This document shows positions 24,294 to 33,489 of a stretch of DNA of 54,238 bases, in pieces (the stretch's first letter is position 1; the number at the start of each line of letters is the position of its first letter). A program made the position numbers and the translations under genes. Source of the DNA: Acidobacteriota bacterium. GTDB taxonomy: Bacteria > Acidobacteriota > Thermoanaerobaculia > UBA5066. Below the pieces are notes generated by a model, which saw only the letters and a program-made list of their open reading frames with translations, was not told where the DNA came from and made no database searches. The stretch covers positions 1-54,238 of the forward strand of contig JBBIPB010000001.1 in the NCBI GenBank assembly GCA_037443065.1. Reading direction: 5' to 3'.

Positions 24294-27113
24294 TCAGCCT
24301 CCGGCGAGCCGCTCCCGGACCCGGGCCACCCCCCGTTCCAGCGCCTCCGCGATCTTCGACGGGTCGCGGCCTCCCGCCTGCGCGAGGTCGGCCTTTCCGC
24401 CCCCTTTTCCGCCGACGACCGGCGCCATCGCCTGGGCGAGATCGCCCGCCGGAACGCGCGGCGCGAGATCGGACGTGACGGCCGCGAGGAGCAGCACCTT
24501 CCCCTCCTCTCCCTCCGTCCCGAGCAGGACGACGCCCGACTTCAGCTTCGACCGGAAGGTGTCGGCGAGATTCCGGAGTTCGTTGGCCGGGAGCGACGGC
24601 ACGCGGCGGGCGAGGACCTTCACCCCGCAGATTTCCTGCATCCCGTCGGCGTCGCGAGCCGTCAGGTCCGAAGAAGACGTTTTCTTGGAAGGTGAATATC
24701 CGGAGGCAGCCGCACCCTGCTGCCCGCTCGAGGCGTCTCCGCCGCTCGGCCCGGCCGTGGCGCTCACCCCCGCCAGGGCCAGGTCGCGCTTCAGGGCCGC
24801 GATCTCCTTCTCTTTCCTTCTAAGCACGTCCAACGTCTCCCGGAGCTTCGCTGGCAGCTCGTCGAGCGTCGCGTTCGCGATCTGCGAGAGCCGTAGCAGG
24901 ATCTCCTCGTCCTTCTGGAGCCGCTCGACGGCGTTCAGGGAGGTCACGGCCTCCAGCCGCCGGACGCCGGCGGCAAGCCCCTTATCCGAGACGATCTTGA
25001 AGGCGCCGATCTCCCCGGTGCGGCCGACGTGGCATCCACCGCAGAGCTCCGTCGAAAAGCCGGGGACGTCCACGACACGGACCCGCTCACCGTATTTCTC
25101 GCCGAAGAACATGAGGGCGCCCATCTCCCTCGCCGCTTCCATTGGCGTGTCGGGGAGCTTCCGGACATCGACGTCCCGGAGGACCTCCTCGTTGACGAGT
25201 CGCTCGATCTCGCGGAGCTCCTCCGGCGTCGTCGCGCGCGAGGCCGCGTAGTCGAAGCGGAGCCGGTCCGGGGCCACGAGCGAGCCCATCTGCCGGACCG
25301 ACTCGCCGAGCACCGTCCGAAGCGCAGCGTGGAGAAGGTGCGTCCCCGTGTGGTTCGCCTGAGTCCTCCGGCGCGTCCACTCGTCGATCGACATCGAAAC
25401 TGCAGCACCCGTTCTCAGCGTGCCGCTCTCGATTCTCAGAAGGTGAAGAATGGACCGGCCGTTGGGGGCGCGGCGCGCGTCGAGGACGGTCGCTGCGCAA
25501 CCGTCCCACGTCCACGAGCCCTGATCTGCAACCTGCCCACCGCCTTCCGGGTAGAAAATCGTCCGGTCCGTAATGGCCCAGCCCTTGTGGCCCGCGACGA
25601 GCGAATCGGTCTGTTCGAAGAGACCGTTTTCTTCGAAGGTGAAGAGACCCAGTGCGCGGGCGCCGTCGAGCCGCACGAAATCCTGCTCGGCGTACCCGCG
25701 GAATTCGGTCGTCCACGAGGCGTCGATCTGGTCGTCCTTCGGAATGCCCCCCTCCGCCTCGAACTTGGACGCGCCCCGGCTCCGCGCCCGGGCCTTTTCC
25801 ATCTCCTCCTCGAATCCCGCGCGATCCACCTGCACCCCCTCGTCGGACGCGATCTCCTCGATCAGCTCGAGGGGGACGCCGAAGGTGTCGTAGAGGTGGA
25901 AGACCTGCGTGCCATCCAGGGTGACGTGGCCGTCGCCCGTCCGCTCGGCTTCCCGGCGAGCCTCGGAAATCTCCTCCCCGACCTTGTCCGCTCCGACGGA
26001 CATAGTTCTGGCGAAGGCCCTTTCCTCGTCGGCGATCACGACACTCACTTCGTCCGGGTTCTGCTGTCGGAACCGACCAAAGAAAATCCCTTCGAAAGTG
26101 GAGAAAACGGGATAAACAAGCTCGCTAAGCAAGGGGATTTCGAGTCCCAGCCGTCGCCCATAGCGTATGGCCCGCCTTACGATCCTTCGAAGAACGTATC
26201 CCCTCCCCTCATTCGAAGGAATGACTCCGTCAGCGATCAGCATCGTCGCCGCTCGCGCGTGGTCGGCGATGACGCGAAACGGGGCGTCCTCCACGGCCAT
26301 CCCGCCGACGTATTTCTTCCCTGAGAGCTTTTCGATTCTCTTGATGACGGGCTCGAAGAGGTCGGAGTCGTAGTTGTTGTTCTTCCCTTCGAGAATGGCC
26401 GTGATCCGCTCGAGCCCGGCGCCGGTGTCGACAGAGGGCTTCGGAAGGGGGGTCATCCCGCCGCCGGCGTCCCGGTTGAACTGCATGAAGACGAGGTTCC
26501 AGATCTCGATGACCCGGTCGCCCCGCCCGTTCGGCACGTCGTCGCCCGCCACTCCCGGTCCCTGGTCGTAGTGGAGCTCGGAGCAGGGGCCGCACGGCCC
26601 CGTCTCTCCCATCGACCAGAAGTTGTCCTTCTCGCCGAACCGGCGGATCCGCTCCTTCGGGAGGTGCCGCTCCCACAAAGCCGCGGCTTCGTCGTCGTCC
26701 CGGTAGACGGTCGCCCAGAGCCGCGCCGGGTCGAGGCCGTACCACGCGGAGCCCGTGACGAGTTCCCACGCGAACTCGATCGCCTCCGTCTTGAAGTAGT
26801 CGCCGAAGGAGAAGTTCCCGAGCATCTCGAAGAAGGTGTGATGGCGGGCGGTGTAGCCGACGTTGTCGAGGTCGTTGTGCTTCCCTCCCGCGCGGACGCA
26901 CTTCTGCGACGAGGCCGCGCGGACGTACGCCCGCCTCTCGCGCCCGAGGAAGACGTCCTTGAACTGGTTCATCCCGGCGTTCGTGAAGAGAAGCGTCGGG
27001 TCGTCCGCCGGGACGAGCGACGACGACGGGACGACGACGTGCCCCTTCGCCTCGAAGTAGCGGAGAAACGTGCTGCGGACGTCCCTAGACGTCCACGGCC
27101 GGGAAGTCGTCAT
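24294..27113 (-). CDS. alaS: Alanine--tRNA ligase
   Basis: A 939-aa protein starting RSTFLRYFEAKGHVVVPSSSLVP, with FTNAGMNQFK, the editing-domain HTGTHLLHAAL motif and a C-terminal DHHA1-like region. Confidence 0.95.
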   Translation of the reverse strand: MTTSRPWTSRDVRSTFLRYFEAKGHVVVPSSSLVPADDPTLLFTNAGMNQFKDVFLGRERRAYVRAASSQKCVRAGGKHNDLDNVGYTARHHTFFEMLGNFSFGDYFKTEAIEFAWELVTGSAWYGLDPARLWATVYRDDDEAAALWERHLPKERIRRFGEKDNFWSMGETGPCGPCSELHYDQGPGVAGDDVPNGRGDRVIEIWNLVFMQFNRDAGGGMTPLPKPSVDTGAGLERITAILEGKNNNYDSDLFEPVIKRIEKLSGKKYVGGMAVEDAPFRVIADHARAATMLIADGVIPSNEGRGYVLRRIVRRAIRYGRRLGLEIPLLSELVYPVFSTFEGIFFGRFRQQNPDEVSVVIADEERAFARTMSVGADKVGEEISEARREAERTGDGHVTLDGTQVFHLYDTFGVPLELIEEIASDEGVQVDRAGFEEEMEKARARSRGASKFEAEGGIPKDDQIDASWTTEFRGYAEQDFVRLDGARALGLFTFEENGLFEQTDSLVAGHKGWAITDRTIFYPEGGGQVADQGSWTWDGCAATVLDARRAPNGRSILHLLRIESGTLRTGAAVSMSIDEWTRRRTQANHTGTHLLHAALRTVLGESVRQMGSLVAPDRLRFDYAASRATTPEELREIERLVNEEVLRDVDVRKLPDTPMEAAREMGALMFFGEKYGERVRVVDVPGFSTELCGGCHVGRTGEIGAFKIVSDKGLAAGVRRLEAVTSLNAVERLQKDEEILLRLSQIANATLDELPAKLRETLDVLRRKEKEIAALKRDLALAGVSATAGPSGGDASSGQQGAAASGYSPSKKTSSSDLTARDADGMQEICGVKVLARRVPSLPANELRNLADTFRSKLKSGVVLLGTEGEEGKVLLLAAVTSDLAPRVPAGDLAQAMAPVVGGKGGGKADLAQAGGRDPSKIAEALERGVARVRERLAGG

Positions 27114-27432
27114 CGATGGCCTCGCCTTTCCGGTGGAGCGCCTCGATCACGGCGGCGGGGGCAAATCCGCGCCGCACGAGGTGGGCAAACAGTTTCTTCG
27201 ACCGCGCCTCCGGCGTCAAACCGGCCGCGAGCCGCCGGGCCCTGGCTTCGAGAGCCCGTTCGAGAGACTCCGACTCGTCCTCGAGCCAGCCCCGGGAGGC
27301 CGCCTCGGCGACAGCCGCCGCCGCGTCGGCCTCCCGCACCCCCCGGTCGGCGAGCGCTCGCGCGAGCGCCGGGGCCGTGTAGGACCGCCGCGCGAGAAGG
27401 GCGATCGCCGTCTTTCTGGGGTCGCGCTTCAT
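27085..27432 (-). CDS. recX: RecX-like regulatory protein (short, 115 aa)
   Basis: Shows helical RecX-type repeats (ALLARRSYTAPALARALADRGV, AAVAEAASRGWLED, KKLFAHLVRRGFAPAAVIEAL). It overlaps the alaS start by 29 nt. No recA lies upstream. Confidence 0.65.
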   Translation of the reverse strand: MKRDPRKTAIALLARRSYTAPALARALADRGVREADAAAAVAEAASRGWLEDESESLERALEARARRLAAGLTPEARSKKLFAHLVRRGFAPAAVIEALHRKGEAIDDDFPAVDV

Positions 27433-27475
27433 CCCGGCACGCCGGGAGGCTGCCAGCCTCCCCCCGCGGCCTCCC

Positions 27476-28648
27476 TCACCCCGGCTGATTCGAGAAGTCG
27501 AACGGCGACTCTCCCACCGCGGCCGGATCCGCCGTCTCCAGCGCGGACTCCATCTGCTCGGTCGAGATGTCCGAGGTGGACTGGATCCCCTGCACCTTCA
27601 GGCGGAACTCGTTGGGATTCGTCGAGCGGCGGATGGCCTCTTCGAGCGTGATGAGTCCGCTCTTGTAGAGCAGATAAAGTGACTGGTCGAAGGTCTGCAT
27701 CCCGTACTGCGAGGTGCCGGTCTTGATCGCGTCGTGGATGTACTTCGTCTTCTCCTTGTTCTCGATGCAGTCCCGGATGTAGTTGGTCGCGACCATCACC
27801 TCGACGGCCGGAACCCGGCCGAGGCCGTCGGAGCGCGGCAGCAACCGCATCGAAATGACCGCCCGGATCACGGCCGCGAGCTGCAGCCGGATCTGCTTCT
27901 GCTGGTGCGGCGGGAAGACGGAGATGATGCGGTTCACGGTTTCCGTCGCGTCGATCGTGTGCAGGGTCGACATGACGAGGTGGCCGGTCTCGGCCGCGAG
28001 GAGGGCCGTCTCGACGGTCTCGAAGTCACGCATTTCGCCGACGAGGATCACGTCGGGGTCCTGGCGGAGCGCCGACCGGATCGCCGCGGCGAAGGAGCGC
28101 GTGTCGACCTCAAGCTCCCGCTGGTTCACGATCGACTTCTTGTCCCGGTGAAGGAACTCGACCGGGTCCTCGATCGTCATGATGTGCTCGGATCGGGTCG
28201 CGTTGATGTAGTCGATCATCGCCGCCAGCGTCGTCGACTTGCCCGATCCCGTCGTCCCCGTCACGAGGACGAGGCCGCGCGTGTCCTCGCAGATCCTCTC
28301 GATGACCGGCGGCAGGAGAAGCTCGCGGATCGCGAGGATACGCGCGGGAATGATGCGGCAGACGAGACCGACCGTCCCGCGCTGCTGGAAGATGTTGCAG
28401 CGGAACCGCCCCAGCCCCGGGACCGAGTAGGCGATGTCGATCTCGTAGTTGTTCTTGAACTTCTCCTTCTGGCGCGAGGACATGATCGAGAACGCCATCG
28501 CGATCGTGTCCTCCTGCATGAGGCGCTTCAGGTCGACGAGCGGGATCAGCTCGCCATCGACCCGCAGGATCGGGTGGGCGCCGACCTTCAGATGGAGGTC
28601 CGACGCCTTCCGCTCGACCGCGATCTTGAGGAGATCGTTGATGTGCAT
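27476..28648 (-). CDS. pilT: Type IV pilus retraction ATPase PilT
   Basis: The internal ATG at 28648 gives MHINDLLKIAVERKASDLHL. It has Walker A GTTGSGKSTT, the Asp box, Walker B ILVGEMRD and the PilT-specific AIRSALRQDPD region. Confidence 0.9.
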   Translation of the reverse strand: MHINDLLKIAVERKASDLHLKVGAHPILRVDGELIPLVDLKRLMQEDTIAMAFSIMSSRQKEKFKNNYEIDIAYSVPGLGRFRCNIFQQRGTVGLVCRIIPARILAIRELLLPPVIERICEDTRGLVLVTGTTGSGKSTTLAAMIDYINATRSEHIMTIEDPVEFLHRDKKSIVNQRELEVDTRSFAAAIRSALRQDPDVILVGEMRDFETVETALLAAETGHLVMSTLHTIDATETVNRIISVFPPHQQKQIRLQLAAVIRAVISMRLLPRSDGLGRVPAVEVMVATNYIRDCIENKEKTKYIHDAIKTGTSQYGMQTFDQSLYLLYKSGLITLEEAIRRSTNPNEFRLKVQGIQSTSDISTEQMESALETADPAAVGESPFDFSNQPG

Positions 28649-28743
28649 CCCAAGACCCCCATTCGAGAATAGGTCTCCGGCCTCGGGCAGGTCAACGAAA
28701 AGCCGCCCGGCGTTATAGTTTCCGGCGGCTGCGGGAGGTTTCG

Positions 28744-29334
28744 ATGACGAACGGCTCAAGAGGAGTCACGCGGCGGGGTCTCCTGAAGGGGCTCGCGACG
28801 ACCGCCGTCGCCGGCGCCGCGTCCGGCGCCTCGGCTCTCGCCGACGATCGGAAGCGTCCCGGGGAGGGGACGATCACGGTGACGGTGAACGGCACGCCGC
28901 GCCCGGGCGTCTTTGCGCCGCGCACGACGCTCGCCGAAGCGCTCCGGGAGACGTGGGGGCTGACGGGGACAAAGATCGGCTGCGACCGGGGCGCCTGCGG
29001 CGCCTGCACCGTCCTCCTCGACGGGCTCGCCGTGAACTCCTGCATGACGCTGGTGCACGACGCCGACGGCAGAAACGTGACGACGATCGAGGGGCTCGGG
29101 GCGCCGGACGCGCTCTCGCCGCTCCAGAGGGCGTTCGTCGAGGCGGACGGGATGCAGTGCGGCTTCTGCACGCCGGGGATGGTCGTCTCGGCGGAGGCCC
29201 TCCGGCGCCGAACGCCCGACCCGAAGCCCGAAGAGGTGCGGGCCGCCCTCGCGGGCAACCTCTGCCGGTGCGGGGCCTACACCGGAGCGATCGCGGCATG
29301 CGCCGGAGACCGGACGGGAGGCAGCCATGGCTGA
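28744..29334 (+). CDS. Tat-exported [2Fe-2S] small subunit of a xanthine dehydrogenase-family molybdoenzyme (PaoA-like)
   Basis: Has a twin-arginine signal (VTRRGLLKGLATTAVAGAASGASALA) and the two 2Fe-2S motifs GCDRGACGACTV and QCGFCTPGM...CRCG. Confidence 0.85.
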   Translation: MTNGSRGVTRRGLLKGLATTAVAGAASGASALADDRKRPGEGTITVTVNGTPRPGVFAPRTTLAEALRETWGLTGTKIGCDRGACGACTVLLDGLAVNSCMTLVHDADGRNVTTIEGLGAPDALSPLQRAFVEADGMQCGFCTPGMVVSAEALRRRTPDPKPEEVRAALAGNLCRCGAYTGAIAACAGDRTGGSHG

Positions 29335-31636
29335 GCCGAAAGCCGCGAACAGGACGAAGATCCGTGTCGGGCTCGCCGGGAAGACCGTGGAGAAGGAGGT
29401 CGAGGTCGCCGCCGGGGACGCTCCCCCGCTCGCGGAGGGCCAGCCGCGGCGCGTATTCGGCTCCCGCCGCCCCCGCCTCGACGGTCGCTTCAAGGTGACG
29501 GGCCGCGCCGTCTACGCGCACGACGTGCGGCGCGAGGGCCTCCTTCACGGCCGGATCCTCCGCTCGCCGCACGCGCACGCCCGGATTGTCTCCGTCGATA
29601 CGTCGGCGCTCGCGAAAATTCCGGGCGTCGTCTTCGAACTCCTCGAGAAGAAGGAAGTCAGGTACCAGGGAGACCCGATCCTCGCCCTCGCGGCCCCCTC
29701 GCTCGCCGCTGCCGAGGACGCGCTCCACGCCGTCGCCGTGAACTACGAGATCCTGCCGCACGTCGTCGACCTCGAAGAAGCGATGAAGGATCTGGCTCCT
29801 CTCGTCTTCGAGAAGCCCGTCGCAGAGCGCCACACGGCCGGGGACGCACCCGGAGGCGGCGGCGCCCTCCCGCAAAAGGGGAACATCCGCGGGCCGCGTG
29901 CCTCCGGCCGCGGGGAGAAGAACCTCGCGAAGCTCTTCGCCGACGCGGACGGCGTCGTCGAGCTGACCGTCCGGACGCAGGTCCAGACGCATGCCTGCAT
30001 GGAGACCCATTCCTCCTTCGCCGAGTGGAAGGGGGACGAGCTTCACGTCGTCGCCTCGACGCAAGGGGTCTTCTCGGTGCGGGACGAGCTGGCCGAGGTT
30101 TTCCACCTTCCGAAGGACAAGGTCCACGTCACGGCCGCGTACGTCGGTGGCGGGTTCGGGTCGAAGTTCGGAGCCGGCGACTACGGCGTCTTCGCCGCGA
30201 AGCTCGCGAAAAAGGCCGGCAGGCCCGTGCGCCTCATCCTCGACCGGAAGGAGGACCAGCTCGCGGCCGGGAATCGTCCCGACTCGCTCAACCGGATGAA
30301 GGCGGCCTACCGGAAGGACGGCAGCGTCACGGCGTTCTCCTACGCGTCCTTCGGGACCGCAGGCGTCGCGACCGGCGCCGGCACGGGCGCCGTCGTGAAG
30401 AACTCGTATGCCTTCCCGAACGTCGCCGTCGAGGAGTCCGACGTCTTCACGAATCTCGGCCCTGGATGCGCGATGCGCGCCCCCGGTCACCCGCAGGGAA
30501 CGCTTGCCGTGGAGGCCGTCCTCGACGAGATCGCGGCCCGCCTGACGCTGGACCCCCTCGCCGTCCGGCTCGCCAACGACCCCGTCGACATCCGGCGGGC
30601 CGAGTGGGAGCGCGGCGCCCGGGAGATCCGATGGGAGCGCCGCAGCGCCCTGACCGCGAAGAACCGCGAGGCCGCGGCCAAGGGGCTTCCCCTCCGCCGC
30701 GGGCTCGGGTGCGCCGCGTCCGTCTGGTACAACATCGTCAGCCCCGGATCGCAGGTGATCGTCCGAGTCCATCGCGACGGCAGTGTCGAGGTGGAGAACG
30801 GCGTCCAGGAGATCGGCTGCGGGAACCCGACGACGATCGCCGTCACGGTGGCCGAGGAGCTCGGACTCGCTCCGGAGTCTGTGCGCGTCAAGTGGGGATC
30901 GACGGCCTATCCGTACGGACCGGCCTCGGGCGGCTCCACGACGACCGTGTCGCTGATCCCGGCCGTTCGCGCGGCCGCCTGGAACGCGGCGCGGAAGCTC
31001 GCGGCGATCGCCGCTCCTCTGCTCGGCGCCCAGGAGAGCGACGTCGTGGTCGGCGAAGGGGTCTTCGGCGCCGGCGGGAAGACCGTCTCCTGGAAGAGCG
31101 TCTGCGCGAAGCTCCCGGGCGACGTCCTCGTCACGACCGGCGACCGGGCGAAGGACTACGACGGGACCGATCCGCGCCTCTTCGGCGTGCAGTTCGCCGA
31201 GGTCGTCGTGGACGTCGAGACCGGGATCGTGACGGTCGAGAAAGTCGTCGCCGTCCACGACTGCGGGCTCCCCGTCTGGCGGACCGGCGTCGACGGCCAG
31301 ATCCGCGGCGGCGTCCTCCAGGGGATCAGCTACGCGCTTTACGAGGAGCGGCACATCGACCGGCGGAGCGGACGTGTCCTGAACCCGAACCTCGAGATGT
31401 ACAAGATCCTCGGCGCGAAGGACGCGCCGGAGATCGTGCCGATCCTGATCGACGTCTACACGGGGAAGAACAACACTCATACGCGCGGCATCGGCGAGCC
31501 CGCCACGGTCCCGACCTCTGCGGCCGTCGTGAACGCAATCTCACATGCGCTCGGCGTCCGGATCACGGAGATTCCCGTGACGCCGGCCCGCATCCTCGCG
31601 GCGGTCGCGTCGCGCCGGAAGGAGGTGACGGCGTGA
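29327..31636 (+). CDS. Molybdopterin-binding large subunit (PaoC-like aldehyde oxidase/xanthine dehydrogenase family)
   Basis: A 769-aa protein with the a/b hammerhead and MoCo-binding domains (GGGFGSK, AMRAPGHPQG, GIGEPATVP). Confidence 0.85.
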   Translation: MAEPKAANRTKIRVGLAGKTVEKEVEVAAGDAPPLAEGQPRRVFGSRRPRLDGRFKVTGRAVYAHDVRREGLLHGRILRSPHAHARIVSVDTSALAKIPGVVFELLEKKEVRYQGDPILALAAPSLAAAEDALHAVAVNYEILPHVVDLEEAMKDLAPLVFEKPVAERHTAGDAPGGGGALPQKGNIRGPRASGRGEKNLAKLFADADGVVELTVRTQVQTHACMETHSSFAEWKGDELHVVASTQGVFSVRDELAEVFHLPKDKVHVTAAYVGGGFGSKFGAGDYGVFAAKLAKKAGRPVRLILDRKEDQLAAGNRPDSLNRMKAAYRKDGSVTAFSYASFGTAGVATGAGTGAVVKNSYAFPNVAVEESDVFTNLGPGCAMRAPGHPQGTLAVEAVLDEIAARLTLDPLAVRLANDPVDIRRAEWERGAREIRWERRSALTAKNREAAAKGLPLRRGLGCAASVWYNIVSPGSQVIVRVHRDGSVEVENGVQEIGCGNPTTIAVTVAEELGLAPESVRVKWGSTAYPYGPASGGSTTTVSLIPAVRAAAWNAARKLAAIAAPLLGAQESDVVVGEGVFGAGGKTVSWKSVCAKLPGDVLVTTGDRAKDYDGTDPRLFGVQFAEVVVDVETGIVTVEKVVAVHDCGLPVWRTGVDGQIRGGVLQGISYALYEERHIDRRSGRVLNPNLEMYKILGAKDAPEIVPILIDVYTGKNNTHTRGIGEPATVPTSAAVVNAISHALGVRITEIPVTPARILAAVASRRKEVTA

Positions 31637-32643
31637 AGGCTTTCGAGCGTGTCCAGCCCCGCGACTGGAACGACGCCGTTCTCGCCCTCGAGGCTGCGCG
31701 GAATACGCACGTCGCCGCCGAGGCAAAGGGGGCGGGGATCGACGTCGTCGACCGCCTGAAGGAGCGGACGGCGGAGCCCGACCGCGTCGTCGACCTGCGC
31801 CGGCTCGCGGAGCACCGGACGATCCGCCGGGACGGGGCGCGCGTCTCGATCGGCGCGCTCGTCACGCTGCGCGAGGTCGCCGAGGGGCTGAAGGCCGATC
31901 TCCCCGCCCTCGCCGACGCCTGCGAGGGGGCCGCCACGCCCCAGATCCGGAACGCGGCAACGTTGGCCGGAAACCTCTGTCAGCGCCCCCGCTGCTGGTA
32001 CTTCCGCTCCGCCGACTTCACGTGCCTGAAGAAGGGGGGGGGCGAGTGCTTCGCCCAGAAGGGCGAGAACACCTATCACGCCGTCTTCGGCAACTCGACG
32101 TGCGCCATCGTGCATCCCTCGGCCGCCGCCGTCGCCCTGCTCGCCTACGGAGCGGCGATAGAAACGATCTCGCCGGCGGGACCGCGGTCGATCCCGATCG
32201 CCTCCTTCTTCGTCCGCCCCGAGGAGGACATCGGGACGGAGAACGCGCTGAAACCCTCGGAACTGATCGTCGAGATCGTCGTGCCGAAGGGGGCCCCACT
32301 CCGGTCGGCCTACCGGAAGCTGAAGCAGAAGCAGTCCTTCGACTGGCCGCTCGCCGACGTCGCCGTCGCCTGGCGCCCGGACGGCGGCCGCGCCCGCGAC
32401 GTCCGGATCGTCCTCGGCTCCACCGCACCGGTCCCCTTCCGCGCGTCGAAGGCGGAAGCCCTCGTCGAGGGGAAGGCGGTCGACGCCGAGCTCGCCGCCG
32501 CGGCCGGAGAGGCCGCCGTGGGAGGAGCGACCCCCCTCGCGCAGAACGGCTACAAGCTCTCACTCATCTCGGCCATGGTCCGGCGGACACTTCTCGCCGC
32601 TGCCGGCCTGCCCGAGGGAACCGAAAAGGCCCCCGACGCATGA
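31633..32643 (+). CDS. FAD-binding subunit (PaoB-like) with a four-Cys insertion
   Basis: The start GTG 31633 overlaps the upstream stop (GTGA). It has an FAD_binding_5-type sequence (GGATPQIRNAATLAGNL) and CQRPRC-x9-C-x7-C. The listed ORF 30025..32643 is off-frame junk before 31633. Confidence 0.8.
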   Translation: MKAFERVQPRDWNDAVLALEAARNTHVAAEAKGAGIDVVDRLKERTAEPDRVVDLRRLAEHRTIRRDGARVSIGALVTLREVAEGLKADLPALADACEGAATPQIRNAATLAGNLCQRPRCWYFRSADFTCLKKGGGECFAQKGENTYHAVFGNSTCAIVHPSAAAVALLAYGAAIETISPAGPRSIPIASFFVRPEEDIGTENALKPSELIVEIVVPKGAPLRSAYRKLKQKQSFDWPLADVAVAWRPDGGRARDVRIVLGSTAPVPFRASKAEALVEGKAVDAELAAAAGEAAVGGATPLAQNGYKLSLISAMVRRTLLAAAGLPEGTEKAPDA

Positions 32644-32885
32644 CGACGCCCACGCTTCCCGCCGCCTGGTCTGACCCCTCCCCGGACCCCGAGGCGCGCT
32701 GCCGGCAGCTCCGAACGAAGATGATGCACGTGACCTCCGAATGGGAGGCCCATTCGACCGGCCATCCGACGGCCAGCGCATCGTACTGGTGCCTGAAGAC
32801 GATGGGGCCGGTGGGGCCGGATGAGAGGCCCTGCCACCTCGCCGACTGCCGCACGCCGCGCGGCTGCTACGAGGCGGCGGATTAG
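32640..32885 (+). CDS. Small (81 aa) Cys-containing protein of unknown function
   Basis: The ATG at 32640 overlaps the FAD-subunit stop (ATGA). Third-position G/C bias is consistent with coding. The sequence is MTTPTLPAAWSDPSPDPEARCRQLRTKMMHVTSEWEAHSTGHPTASASYWCLKTMGPVGPDERPCHLADCRTPRGCYEAAD. It resembles small conserved hypothetical ORFs I recall from other high-GC diderms, but this is unverified. Confidence 0.5.
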   Translation: MTTPTLPAAWSDPSPDPEARCRQLRTKMMHVTSEWEAHSTGHPTASASYWCLKTMGPVGPDERPCHLADCRTPRGCYEAAD

Positions 32886-33489
32886 CCTCATCTCTGCCGT
32901 TCTCCTCGCGGCGGGAGCCTCGAAGCGGTTCGGCTCGCCGAAGCTCCTCGCGAAAATCGACGGCGAGCCGATTCTTTGGAGGGTGGCGAGAGCTTTCCGA
33001 GACGCAGGATTCGACAGAGTGCTCGTCGTGCTGCCGTCTGTCGAAACCAGCGGCCTGCAAGGTTTTCTTCTAAAGGTAGTAGAAGACCTCGCCCCGAACG
33101 TTCAGTGCGTCGAGAATCCGAGGTGGCGCGCCGGGATGTTCACGTCCGTGAAAGCGGGGCTTGCTGCCGCGCGCGCCAACGCCTCCGGCCCCCCGACGCA
33201 TGTCGCCGTCTCCCCGGCCGATCTTCCCTTTCTGAGAAAGGAATCTCTTCGAAGGGTGAAGAACGCGGCGCCCTCCGTCGACGAGCGGACGCTTCTCGTT
33301 CCGACGCACGACGGCCGCCGCGGGCACCCTCTCGTCTTCTCCGCTGCGATCGTGCCGCGAATCCTGTCGTGGCCCGACGATCGGCGTCTCTCGTCACTAT
33401 TCGAAGAATCCGATCTTTCGGTCCTCCACCTCGAAGGGTTCGACGACGGCATCCTTCGCGACGTGGACCATCCGGGCGACCTGAGATGA
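32821..33489 (+). CDS. MobA/MocA-like nucleotidyltransferase (probable molybdenum cofactor cytidylyltransferase)
   Basis: SAVLLAAGASKRFGSPKLL is the NTP_transf_3 glycine-rich N-terminus. The only canonical in-frame start is ATG 32821, which overlaps the small ORF by 65 nt. The conserved core begins at ATT 32881, so the start is uncertain. Confidence 0.7.
   Translation: MRGPATSPTAARRAAATRRRISLISAVLLAAGASKRFGSPKLLAKIDGEPILWRVARAFRDAGFDRVLVVLPSVETSGLQGFLLKVVEDLAPNVQCVENPRWRAGMFTSVKAGLAAARANASGPPTHVAVSPADLPFLRKESLRRVKNAAPSVDERTLLVPTHDGRRGHPLVFSAAIVPRILSWPDDRRLSSLFEESDLSVLHLEGFDDGILRDVDHPGDLR

Noticed and set aside
26040-26240. Locally lower-GC patch inside alaS that might suggest an insertion.
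   Set aside because: The reading frame is uninterrupted, and the flanking AlaRS motifs are contiguous. It looks like a variable linker region of the enzyme rather than foreign DNA.
28874-31632. 868-aa ORF 28874..31480(-) and the N-terminal 536 codons of ORF 30025..32643(+).
   Set aside because: The first is antisense and the second off-frame relative to the well-supported molybdoenzyme subunits. The translations are low complexity (RRGRR.., PRRP..). The FAD subunit really starts at GTG 31633.
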